Positions 12,401 to 23,592 of a stretch of DNA of 64,000 nt are shown one piece after another. Each line of letters starts with the position of its first letter. Positions within the stretch are counted from its first letter, which is position 1. The stretch comes from Raillietiella orientalis (Eukaryota), in NCBI GenBank assembly GCA_036172245.1, contig JAYWIR010000012.1, forward strand, positions 124,001 through 188,000, in the 5' to 3' direction. A program made the position numbers and the translations under genes. The notes under the pieces were generated by a model, which did not search any database, had not been told where the DNA came from, and saw only the letters and a list, made by a program, of their open reading frames with translations.

Positions 12401-15400
12401 GCATAGCGCGTTCGAAGGGCATCCCTGTAAAGGACCACCTCAGTGTATAGGTCACAGTTTGAGCAGTGAGATCGGAGAAACCCATAAAGCACGGAAAAGA
12501 GATCGAAACGAAGAGAGCCCAAGTTTCGCGTGTAAGAAGTAGGCATTTTCCGTATCGCGACCCACGGAGCATTCCTTGAACGCGTTGCCAAGAAAAGTTG
12601 CCCACGGCTGACCTAGACGGTGTTTTTCTTGAGCACGGGAACGGGAGGAGCTCTGTGGATGGAAACCAACACCTGTAGGGTGCGCTTCTCGTTGAGCCGA
12701 GCCCAATCTCAGAAACCGCTGGATACACGCTGCAGACATCCTCCGATTGCCGGACGGCCCTAGAAAGGATGAGGCATTGTCCTTCGCAAGTGAGGCATGG
12801 TTTCCGTGAAAGGGAAAGACTTCAAAGGGATGTCTTCGCAACGCCGCGTTACGTGACAAGATTTCCAACAGGCATGCACTCCGCACAGAGCAGCCACGCC
12901 ATTTGTGAACGAAACCGTGGACAAAGAGAGTACATTCGCCGAACGGAATCCCTTCCGCCTCTTTTGCCTCTCCATTCCTACCGTGCTCGGGAAACTGGGG
13001 CAAGCACGCATTTGAGGATTTTCGTGGAAGGGAAGAGATGAGGAGATTTGGCAGATAATGGTGAACTGCGGGATGTTCTTGAAATAGGGAACTTTCGAGA
13101 GAAGCCTTTCTCACCTCATGTCGGGGACTCAGCTAGTGCGTGGAAGGCTCAGAGATGGCCCAGCCGTGCGTCGGGCCTTCCTACGACAAAGTTTCTTGCT
13201 TTTAGCGTCCTAGGAGTCAGTGATGGTGAACGATTCCAGGTGGGAACGCTGCTCCGCGCTAGCATGAATGTTCCACAACCGGGAAGAGCGCGAAGCAGCG
13301 TTCCCGGTTACCACTCCCACCAGGAATGGTTCCTTCCGTCCAACGCGCTTCTTTTTTTTTTTGGTCAGGATGGACCACATCCATTCTTACTCCCAAACAC
13401 CTTGCCCGTGAACAGTCCTCACACTGAGGGGTTCCTGCCTAGCTGTCTCCGTTCTCTTTTCTCACGGACCTCGTCTTCTTTCGTTTCCTCCCGTTTTCAG
13501 ACTAGCGCCAATTTGCTCACATCCTTCCTGCCCCTTGTATCCCACTGACAGGGAATGCACGCATCTGGATCACTCCGTCCAACCTACGACCTTACTCCAC
13601 ACAGATAATGGGCGCAATTCCATAGTCGCGACGACGCGCTAGTGGACGCATTGCATAGGAATCAACAAAGTGGATGCTTACGCAGGTCTGTCCTCTTTCT
13701 CACTTCGGTCCCTGGCGTCATTTTCATCAATAACAATGCAAGCCCTTGAGTTGTAATTAGTTTGAGAACTTGTCGCCTAGGAGATTGGGTCTCCAAGGCG
13801 GTCGGGAGCGTTCTTCTCGCTCAGACGGCTCCCTGTGCAAAAAAATAGAGCAGGGTTACCAGACCCAAATATCAGAATATGGATCTTTTCCCTCTGCCAC
13901 GCGTGTGAATCCTTCCGAAGGGGATGCGCTGGAAGATGCTCGCCGTCACCTTGTGAATGACAAGATGCTTCAGAGGTGTTGGCCTTCGTGACGGTTCTTT
14001 GGGAGACGAACCGGTGCGCGCAAGTGGAAATGAACGAAAGAAATCGTCGACACAAATACGAATCCAATTATACGTACGAATTAATCCGTGGATGTGTTTA
14101 CTTGTAAATGTGTGCCTTGGTGGAAATATCCAGATAGGCAAATACATGTACACAACTGAAGGCTTTCATAATTTTTGGTTTCCTTTTCTTTTTTTTGGAT
14201 TGTGTGATGTTTCTAGTTAGCAGAGGAATCACTGTTTATGATGATGATGCTTTTCTAAAGTTGCAGTCGAAGACTTAATGGAGATTCGGTTCAGTTTGAC
14301 GAACGTTGGCATCGTTTTTATGAAAGGATGGTTTCGTCCCTCTAACGCGTTGTTCTTGCAATCCGCTTCGATAAGGCTTGCTTCGATGACAGAATGGCTG
14401 TCCCGACCTCTTGGAGCAATCTGGGCAAGTTTCGTGTTGCCACGGGTCGCAGGATGCCCGCCACTGCTGCTACAAACAGCTGGCTATAGACACAGACACT
14501 AGCACTGTTTCTATAGACACCGCGAACACGGGTAAGGTTTGGCCCTCGACATGCATCCAGTGACCGTGAGCTGCGCTTTCTCCTTCGGTTTGGGTGGCAG
14601 TTCCTTGATGAACTGCTTGAGCGCCGAGATGTCGGGCGGGAACTGATTGGTTAGAGGGAAATAGAGGTATCTGTTGTCTTCCCCCCGGGAATTTAGGAGG
14701 ATATCTGCGAACAAATGTTGCCAGGATTGACAATACAGCCAACACGAGGTTATCCGATTCCAAAGAACAGGCACCACTTGAGCGAGCACACGGTTCCATT
14801 CCTCGCAATATCGGATCGCATCTGCTTTGTGCTCCGCTGAATAACTCGATGTTTCACTTTCGCGGATCTCACGATTCTGTGGAAGCCAATTCTTCGAGAA
14901 CAGCACCTCCTGTCCTTCCTCTGCAGCGACTGTAAATGCCCGATGGAAAAATGGTTCGCTAGGAATGCCAGCTGCGGTTTGAATTATTCAAGTTCGGTTC
15001 ATTTCTGCACATCCCGGCGCTCAAAAGTAGAAATCCGCTGAGAGGAATGCCCTCCAGCCTGCAGGACCTTCGTCCGAAGCTTTTGCTAAGAGAACCAGAC
15101 CTAAACGAGCAACCCTTTTTTCCAGCTGCTGCTGATCCGCTTTCACGTGCTCGTTCATTTTCCAAGAAATTTTTAAAAGCATTCCATCTTCCTTCCCCTC
15201 TTCGAAAGCAAAAGAAATTCAAATACAAATTCAGGTGCTTTCGAGGAAACCGGGTGGCTGCTCAGTTCTCCCCATTTCCATTTCCCACTTCTCGTCCTTG
15301 TATTTCCTGACTCTTGTTGAATAACGCACTTTGGTCAAGGGACAGAGGATGCCGATTCACCACGGACACCCACCACCTTCGAAGCGTTTCTTTCGCGCTT

Positions 15401-18400
15401 CTTCCTGCTGACTTTGGTTGCTTCGCTGAGGACTCCTTGCGAGGAAGCGAAGGAGTCCCGGAAACAGTGTGCGTCCGAAAATTCGATCGGGGGAGAACGC
15501 TGCAAATCGGCCCGAATGAAAGAGGTGAAGTTTACCTTCGCAGGGGTCATGGGTGACCACTATGGCCCCTGGATTCTTGATAAACTCCAAAACCAACCCT
15601 TACCCCTACAGCAGCTATCGAAGAGTCTCAGTCCAGGAGGGAAAAAAAAGAAAAACTTCCGAAACGTATGAAAAACGCTTCGACTTTCGTAGCGGTTCTG
15701 GAAACTGAGCCACAGGAAGCACAGAGTCACTCCCAACGCTCGAGTTTCTCGATAAAGCTTTACTCGAAAAGGCCCCGCACATTCATCGTACTCAGTCCTA
15801 GAATACAGTCCTTCAAGACATGGTATACAAGTACATTCTGCCATCCTGCTTTCTACTCGCACGTGTAATATCGAAGTTTCTGCTGTTCTATAAGTTCCAT
15901 ATAGATGGAGAATGCCATGATAGAACTTTAGGCCTCGTCAGCTCGAAGACGCGAAACAACCCCTTAACACGTTGAGTGCCACGCTGGTACCGGAGGTCTG
16001 TGACCTGTGACCTGTGACCGGAGATTGCTTCCTCGATGGCAGTCACCGGGGTGCCTCAAATGTTTGGACTAATTAAAAGAAAATGAATATCGTCAACTAA
16101 AGAATGTTGGACATCGTAGCTAACGGGACAATATTATGAAATAAAAAAAATGCACTATCCACCAATTAAAGATTTGAATGAAAACATGTATGCACTGTAC
16201 TACAAAAATTAAGTACGGTGGATTGTATTGAAACATCTTGAGCATAAATGAGGCTGGCCTTCGTTTGCATCCATATCTTTGAAGGATAATCTATGAGCAT
16301 TATTATCAACATACTTCCGCAAACAATCGTAAATATCTCTCTATAATGGTAAAATCTAAAGTAGAAGTATGCACATCCCTTACTATTATAGAAATGAACA
16401 GACACTGTCTACTAATATCCTGCGTAACTCTTTCTCACGATTTTCACGATCCTTGCCATACGAATTCTTACGACCCCCTAACCAATGAGGATATTTTTGT
16501 CAAAATAAATGAGGAGTTGTTCGTTACGGTTGCTACTATACCTTTCGAGATGTGTTACCACATCACGTAAACGTCGTAGGCAGTCGTTTTCTTATACTTG
16601 TAAGAAGATATTACAAAAATGGGATCAAGAGGAACCAAGTGCAGCAAAGATAAATGCACTGTGGATAAGGGCATGATCTCATACAGCCATATTTCTTATG
16701 ATTTTGTCATTATGTGCTTAGAACAATGAAAATTCTCTTTTGGCCCCCTGAGAGCATCATGTAAATTTGGCTTGGCAGTCAACGTGTCAGCTCCGAGTCC
16801 AAAAGTCCAAATGTTCATTCTGAGCATTCAGCTAATGACAAGCACCGCAAAATTTGATTAGGAACAGTTCGCAACGAAAAGCGAAGGCAAAGTAATCAAT
16901 CAAGAAAAGAATACTGAAGAATAAACTCTCCGAGAGGGCGTGTAAGCAGAGAGCGAGGAACACATTCAGTCCAGTGGACCTATTCGCAGCGCCACAGTAC
17001 ACTCGGCCATACTTAGGCAGAGATTTCGTTCGAAAGACACGGGCAACTCGCCTCTACCATATGGGCATCCGAAAGCAGGGCCAGCAGTTGCCAACGTGAA
17101 AGCTAGGTTAAATAGGCTCAAGTGGGTTCTCGCAGGAGTTTCACAACCCATCGGGGTTACTAGAAATACAGGGGATGGATTTTTTCCACAGCTTGGACCG
17201 CATCGGCCACATTTCCGTTGCTTGCTGCCGACTTGTGGTTGTCGGTGAAGTTTCCCGGTGTTGGTTGGTGGTCCCAGCTCTTGGATTGGGACTAGCTCCT
17301 CGCGTTCCGTTCCAGGAGTTGCCATCCACCGTGCCGAATCTGCTTGCTTGCATCTCGGCGTTGTGTGCGGACACAGGTGATTGGCCTCCTGGCGCAGACC
17401 TCAGCGGATGCTCCCGATACTCTAGGCGCCACCACCTTTCCGCAACACCGTCGCTATTGGTGACTCGGCCGTCCCAATCCCAATGAGTCAACGATGATGG
17501 CGCAAACTGATGCCCGTCTTAAGAGAGAAAGGAGAAGGCTTCACCGTTCCACGATCTTTACTCTCTCTCTCCTTCTCTCCCTCTCTCCCGCGCGAGCCTT
17601 CTCCAACGTCACCGGTGTGTTTTTGAATGGGCAGCTGATGTCACGGTGACGTCTCTTAACGGCTGACCACGACCTCGCATCGTTCGTTCTCGTGCAGTTG
17701 ATCAAACTGCTATGTCCGCCTACGTGTAGGGAGACAAAGAGCCACGCATCTGTCTTGAGGGGCGTCCTGCGTCAAATCCCAGACTTCCCAAGGCGGTCGT
17801 GCTGACTGACTAAAAATTGCAGCAGCTCTGAGTGCTCTGCAGCTCGGCAACCTTCTATCGAAGATAAGACATCGATAGAACATCGATCTCTAGAATTTCC
17901 ACATGTGGCACATGGACATTCTGATGATGAAGAGAGCAGGTCGTTCGGACAGTCGGGGGTCACTTTTGGCGCCCTGCGGCCCTCTAAAGGATGTTGAGAA
18001 AGTTCTTTCTTTCCCAAGAGAGAATCAAATGAGATGCTGCTAACCGCTGGACTTCGCTGAATGCGCTTCGAGTATCGTTTAATTCCCTCGCAGTTCACGT
18101 GATGTTCTCAAAGCAAAAGGGTACTTGATGCAGCGTAAGGAACTTTCGGCAGCACTGAAATGAACGAGGAAAGCCTGAGCAGATCCTGCAACAGGTGGTC
18201 CACTATCCCCCTGTGATGGAAGAGGCCGTCACAGACGCAGATCAGTAAGAGACGGTTGCCAAAACGACTTTCGTTGGTTTTCCGATTTGGAATTCGACCT
18301 TATCAAAAAGCGGAAAGAAGCCCCGATAAGAAAACAGTGAAGAGTAGACGAAATATCGATTCAGCAGCTGGCTTGACTGAAGCTTCTCGGGAAAGCCGTC

Positions 18401-21400
18401 GCAGGAACGCAAACTGCCAGCGAGAATGACAAGGACAAATGCACAGACGCTCTTCCGGGTGAGCAGCAAGCACTCCTCTAAGTGAGCCCGCCCAAATTCG
18501 CGGCAGCGGCTCTTTCTACCCGGTCACGCCGGGACATTCATCCCTTTGAGAATAGATAAATGGGCGTACGAAGAATTGGGAACCGTGTCCCCAATTGGAA
18601 CAAGAAAAAGTCCGCTGGGTAGGTTCACCGATGTTCAGGTCGGTCTAGTAGCGCGGAAAAAAGAGACTGAATAAGTAAAGAAGGGGAAAATAGGAACAAC
18701 GGGTGTTTGGTTGAGAAAGCTCTCTCCTCCCCAGCGCTGGCGCAGAATACAGGCGATCTCCCTGTTGGTTGCTTTCGGCGAATCGAGGGGAGCCGCCTCG
18801 CTGCAGTCCTCACCAGGGCGGCCTCTGTATAGGTGGGTGGCTCCCCATCGCTGCAAGAGCAGCTCCGAAGCGAGGCGGGTCGACCAAGACGGCGCACGCG
18901 CTCAACCCAGGATCGCGGTCACCTCACCACGCGAAAGTGCGTTGCGTGCAGAGGCGTCGCGGCCAAGTCTCGTTCGGTATCCTCCGGGGTGCAGCGGTGC
19001 TGGAGGCGACCTCCTCCACAGCTCTTCGAGAGCGCCGCAGTCCAGGAACAGGTCCGAGATCGGTCCGATCTCACCTGTTGCTGGACATTCACTCGGAACA
19101 GTTCCGGAGACTCAAATCCCTAGGAGAGGAAATGCCTTCGTTTCAAAGGGAACCTTGGAGTTTCCTGATACCAAGGAGGGACCATCAGTTCCTTGGAGAT
19201 CACACTCAACAATCCTCCTTCCATCGAAGAAGTTCCTTAGCTCGGCAGTGCGGAGTAGCGGTGCCCATTCAGCCTACCCGCCTTTCAGCCACCCGGGAGT
19301 TTTGTCACTCCTGCGGTGGTGCAGGAGAGCCATCACCCTGCCGGTCGGCAACGGTCGTTGTTTGCCCTCAGCGCAGACGCGCTGCAGCATAGGGTGCGAC
19401 GACTAGTCTGGATTGCCTCCAGTAATCCTGCAGCAGTGGTTCCAAGGGGACTTCTTTGAGACCTGCCGCTGGAACGATGTCTGTGGCGCCAGCACCGGAC
19501 CGAGCCTCAAAACTATTGGAGGGAATCCCCTGGGAAATCGATGGCACTCGAACTACGTGCGGGCGGCGCACAGCGTCCGAGGAGCGAGACGGGTCGCGCG
19601 TGCGACCAGCGGAACGAAAGGAGGCGCGATCCGTGCGAGGAAAGTTCTCGACTTTTCGACGGCGACTCGCGGCGCCGCGGGAGAAAAATCCAAGCTTCAG
19701 CGGCGTCGAACTGAGGAAAATCGATTTTTCTTTCCGAGAAAACTCCGGCAACAGGTCGGGCTCCCAAGTCCCCCAGAGGCCTCCCCTCCCTTTCCCTCGT
19801 TCTTTCCTCTCCCCCCCCCGTGCGCCTCCCTGAGAGCCTGGGGCGCGCCCATCACTTGCTCAAGCTGGCATCTGGAGGACCCTCTTCCCTTCCTGATGGG
19901 ACGTTCCAGGCGTGCCAGAAGATGCAAATCGAATAGAATTCCCGGTCTCGTCCCGATTCTGATTGAGAGCGAAGCGGAGGCGGAAACTGTCATCGATCCA
20001 GTGGAGGAGTTTCGAAGATAAAAATAGCACAGATCCCCAAGCCATAGCCTTCTCGGGCCCTTTGCTACCTTCATTCCAAGATGGGGGCGCACGGCAAGTA
20101 GCAGAGGTCTTCGGAAGACCGTGCCCTTCGTTGGGCACAAGGGCAGCTGCCGGAGGATCGCTTGGGGTCCAGGAAAAGGCAGTGCGTGGAAGGACTGAAA
20201 TCGCCGAGAAGCAGATAGGGGCACATTGGAAGGCGAGGCGCAGAGTCAGCAGCCCGCCATCCGTCTTGCCTCCTGGCGACGCTGCCTGTGGGCTTTCACG
20301 GGCACTAGCGGCACCTTTGAGCACAGGTTGCCTCTTCTTCGCCCCGTAGCGCCAGCATTGAATTTGCCCCCTGTCTTGGACCGGCTGGCGGCCGGCCGGA
20401 AACTCCCAGTGAGTCATTCATGGGAGCCTCCTTGACCCTCCTTGTCTTCTCTTGACCCCCGAGACCTCCGCTATAATATAGTATAATCTGATATCTGGTA
20501 GTTGCATAATATCCATAATCAATAATATACCCATAGAGATCTTCATCTCGCTTATTGTGACACTATTGACGTTGCTGGTGTTTGCTCAAGGCACACGGTA
20601 TGGCATGTCTGTTTCTTTCCTCAACCATAAGTTCGAGTATGCTGTCAGTATTAGGAACAACTTCTACAGTGAAAAGAAGGTCATCACAATTAATAATTTT
20701 TCCCTAAGAAGCTCTGCATTTTGCACGTGATCATGTTCTATCATACTTTTCTTGTACTATTGGATGCCATCCTTCCTCTTGATTCTTCATACTTATGTCA
20801 TATTCCAATTGTAAGGAACATTCCTCCATGGTAAGTCCATTGAATGTATCTGCCCCATACCTATGTGTTACTCTTTATCTGAAGAGTAGCGCATAGGTCG
20901 TTGCCTTTTCCCTAGATTAGCTGTTATTACCGATTCATCCAATGATTCCATCTGCTATATCATTCATCCTTGCAAAATTCTTGTTTTCTAATTTTCTAAT
21001 GGGTAAACATTTTAAGGAAATCATAATACTCTTAAGATTGAAATACTAAGAGATACAATGTACATATGAACATATGAAATAAATGTTCATTTCAAACAAA
21101 TATCTTAAAATTAAAAAAAAACAAAAACAAATGAGGAGAGCTGCTACATAAAGCAAAGGCTTAATCTGCTTGCTTTTTTATTTCCTTCCACCATTTCTAA
21201 TCGCCACCCTTGTTTTTTTCATTTTTTATAATTCCATATTCATGCATTTATTCAGTATATATATTCATCGCATTTATAATATTTATGCTTATATTCGATA
21301 TTTATATATATATTTATTATATATAAATACATATAATAAGCATTTACAATCCATGTTTATAATTCGATATTTATGTATTCATTTAATGTATCATATATAT

Positions 21401-23592
21401 CATGTGCATATATAACAATATATAAGGAAGATGTGTTTTTATGATTGTTCGGGATTTTGAACCGGACTCTCCTTTATCGTTGATGACAGCAGTCGCGTAA
21501 GCACGTTGTCAGCCACTCGAGCAAGAGTCCTCCTCTATTAGGGTAGTCCCTCGCTCTCGATGCCCCCAGGCACTCTCGCTCTTCGAGGAGCATCTGACCC
21601 GAGTGCCATGGCGTCCGTCGCCGGTTCCGTCGCCGTCAGGCGCCGAAGACGCTCTTCGTGCGTGGGTGCAGCGCCCTTCAGCGCTTCTTCGAAAGGCGCG
21701 CTTCTTGTTTTAGGTCGACCACAAGGACGGCCACCTGAAGAGGGACAAGGAGGCGGGTAGGGGAGCCTGCGCACCGGAGAGGAAAGCCCAGCAGCCTGTA
21801 AGGAACGCGTTCGTGCTGGAGTCGTCGTCGCTGAAGAGCGATGGCAGGAGGAGGAACGACCCCGCGAATGCCCGGGTCCAGACGTCGAACGGTGAGTAGT
21901 CCGCGGCGGATCTTCCGTGCTGATGTGGCACCGTTGCAGCGGTCATGCAACCTTACAAGCAGGATGCGTTCTCCACGAAGAGTCAGACCAACATACTCAG
22001 GACGCTGCTCACCTTATCCCTCGCGTTCTTGGTGCTGAACGTTCCCAGGTGGGTGAGGTGTGGAGGTCACGGGCCGCCGGTTCGCATCCGGGATAGCGGC
22101 ATTGGCGTCTCAGCTGGCGCCGCTGCGCTTTGGAATTACCTTTCGCAACTCCGTTGACGGGAAGGAAGGAGCTCTGGAGGAAAGAGCGTCTGGACCTTCC
22201 TCCAGAAACTGGCTCACCGCCATCCTTCGCATGGGGAGAATGTGCCGTCAGCTCAGAGTCTCTCTGTTTCTCTTTTCGGAATTTCGCACTGTCTCGATTT
22301 TCCGAATTCTGGTTCATTTTGGGTACCTGCTTTCCCAACTGTTTCGGGCTTTTTTCTTTTTTTTCTTGGATTTCTTCCTGCCGGCCCGCCGAGTACCCGA
22401 GAACCGCTGCTTCATCCCATGCGGCATCTTCGGAGCGGCTACGCACGAGGCTCTTCCATTGCCACACATCCGAGCTGCTCATGGAGCGGAGGGGTCCACC
22501 CACAATGTCCTTCGGCTGCTAGTCAGCGTGACGTGAGGCCACGGACGCGCGCAGACTCCTACCATTGCAGACGCCAAGCCCGGAGCCAGAGCAGAGTCAT
22601 CTCGCGGGGGAGGGGCTCTGGAAACGCGCGGCGCATCCGAACTCCGCGCCGACCCTGTTCCCCGGACGTGAGTGCGTGAACGCAGTGGCCTGACAGCGGG
22701 CTCCGGACCGGATTTCCTTCCGCTGCGGTACAGTGCACCATGAGTGACTTCTTCCTCTTCCCCCGAGAAGCAGACAGGTTCGTGGAGAGGGAGGAGGAAG
22801 TGCTCAAGGGCGCACAACAGCAGTAGCAACAACAGCAAAAAGTCCTCTGCTTCTGGGTAGAAATGAGAGATTCGAAGTCACTTTAGACATTTGCTTGGGA
22901 CGATTCAAGTGAGGTACCGCTCGCTGCTCCGCATTCCCCCAACTTCCATCCGGGAGCCGCAAACCGGTTTTGCCGATCAGCAGCCCTCATGCATCCAATG
23001 CATTACGCCGTAACCAAGGCATCGGAAGCGAGCGTGGGTGGCGGTGGGAATCAAATTCTCAAGGGACGTCAGCTACAGGGCAAGAATGCAGACGAAAACA
23101 AAAAAGAAAAAATCGGTATGATTCCACTTCTGGAGCCGTTTCCAGGAAATCATGCGGACTGCTTCCCAGAACGTCTCCAGGGAAGCTGTCGAGCATGTCG
23201 TAGGCATGCAAATTCGGACGAAGCGGCGGTAGCTCCTTTTATCCTCCTGAATTCGGATGTTTCCACGTTCTATTATTATTGCTGTCATTATCTTCTTCTT
23301 ATCTTTGTTATTATTAATTGTGGTGGTCTCTATACTCCGAAAGAGGTCTAACCCTCCACCTTTTTTGCTTTTCAGCCATGTGTTGAGAATACACGTGTAC
23401 CGGGCGTACGGAAAAGTTGGCCCCACCCACATCGCCATACTCCAGCAGGTGTTCATGCTCTTGTTCTACATGAACCACAGCATCAACTTCATCCTGTATT
23501 CCTTGTGTGACAGCAGGTTTCGAAAAGCGCTCAAGAAAACTTTGCTCTTGTCTTTGTGCGACCGCAGGAAGCACATCCACACGTTCATGTGA
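2642..23592 (+). CDS. Class A (rhodopsin-like) neuropeptide GPCR, FMRFamide/CNMamide-receptor-like (often auto-annotated as TRH-receptor-like); join(2642..3400,21714..21891,21940..22048,23376..23592), 420 aa
   Basis: Four exons join in frame with canonical GT-AG junctions (phases 0,1,2) to give 1263 nt ending in TGA. Seven hydrophobic segments are present, with TM1 GIVGN, TM2 LTALSFSD, TM3 end FTAERFIAVQFPL (DRY variant), TM5 FVPLLVITVLN, TM6 FLVLNVPS and TM7 NHSINFILY plus helix 8 SRFRKAL. There is an N-terminal N-R-S sequon. The subfamily call is from motif recall, not a search. Confidence 0.9.
5000..6900 (-). mobile_element. Highly decayed non-LTR reverse-transcriptase relic
   Basis: Minus-strand ILGRQGDSIVLTSL (QGD motif) is followed by a YADD-like RLLCDEG at plausible spacing. 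Many stops and frameshifts. Boundaries approximate. Confidence 0.4.
7572..7640 (-). mobile_element. tRNA-derived SINE head or tRNA pseudogene fragment
   Basis: Minus strand GCGGGTTCGAATCCCGC (7577-7593) is a perfect T-arm/B-box. No complete cloverleaf. A similar B-box (GGGTTCGAACCC) lies at about 1006-1017. Confidence 0.35.
7850..9100 (+). mobile_element. Probable Penelope-like retroelement relic
   Basis: RISFLDVHISR (about 8063-8095) followed by ...SLHHP resembles the PLE RT C-terminal FLD-x-x-I...S-x-HP motifs. A degenerate GKTGCRL near 8970 resembles the GIY-YIG motif YIGxTG. Heavily mutated. Confidence 0.4.
10235..10585 (+). repeat. About 350-bp dispersed repeat, copy A (inverted relative to copy B at 13752..14119)
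   Basis: Near-identical reverse-complement match, visible as shared translations (ORF 10233+ vs 13777-, ORF 10345- vs 13770+). Sharp shared end AACTAATTACA. Confidence 0.92.
11804..13100 (+). mobile_element. Mariner-type DNA transposon relic (left TIR plus dead transposase); right boundary approximate
   Basis: Begins with TIR CAGTGCGGTCC. Frameshifted translations FRDGRRSVEDDGRSGLPVT (mariner EDxxRSGRP) and LSARSVPHAL (WVPHEL motif). Matches 61252..61888 over about 630 bp. Confidence 0.8.
13752..14119 (-). repeat. About 350-bp dispersed repeat, copy B
   Basis: Reverse complement of 10235..10585. Few substitutions in the 13752..14064 core, more diverged beyond it. Confidence 0.92.
15968..16786. 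mobile_element. piggyBac-like MITE (819 bp)
   Basis: Left end TTAA|CACGTTGAGTGCCACGC and right end GCTTGGCAGTCAACGTG|TCAG form a 15/17 inverted match. The right TSD is degenerate. AT-rich non-coding interior with (CTGTGAC)3 just inside the left end. Confidence 0.75.
18515..20400 (-). mobile_element. L1/Tx1-like LINE fragment (3' ORF2 plus 3' terminus)
   Basis: Minus-strand DLFLDCGALEELWRR (zf-RVT-like, about 19010-19053). The family 3' end ATGAATGTCCCGG-CGTGA-CCGGGTAGA lies at 18515-18541. Confidence 0.7.
21000..21469. mobile_element. Partial copy (right arm) of the AT-rich Mutator-like element family seen at 29019..30046
   Basis: AT-rich tract ending TTCGGGATTTTGAACCGGACTC (21448-21469), which is the reverse complement of the GGTTCAAAATCCCGAA terminus at about 29025-29040. 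Confidence 0.6.
21714..21891 (+). CDS. GPCR coding exon 2 (ICL3: VDHKDGHLKRDKE...RVQTSN)
   Basis: Acceptor CTTCTTGTTTTAG| at 21713. Open phase-0 frame of 59 codons plus 1 nt, then donor G|GTGAGT at 21891/21892. Not in the ORF track because it lacks a start codon. Confidence 0.8.
21940..22048 (+). CDS. GPCR coding exon 3 (end of ICL3 and TM6)
   Basis: Acceptor TTGCAG| at 21939 after a 48-nt intron. Encodes VMQPYKQDAFSTKSQTNILRTLLTLSLAFLVLNVP. Donor AG|GTGGGT at 22048/22049. Confidence 0.9.
23376..23592 (+). CDS. GPCR coding exon 4 (ECL3, TM7, helix 8, stop)
   Basis: Polypyrimidine acceptor TTTTTTGCTTTTCAG| at 23375. The phase-2 join gives NVP-S-HVLRI. Contains FYMNHSINFILYSLCDSRFRKAL and TGA at 23590-23592. 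Confidence 0.92.

Noticed and set aside
16966..17500. LTR-retrotransposon gag relic (KCGRCG...THL, minus strand)
   Set aside because: Only a degenerate zinc-knuckle-like motif, with no LTR pair, PBS or pol motifs found. Too weak to call.
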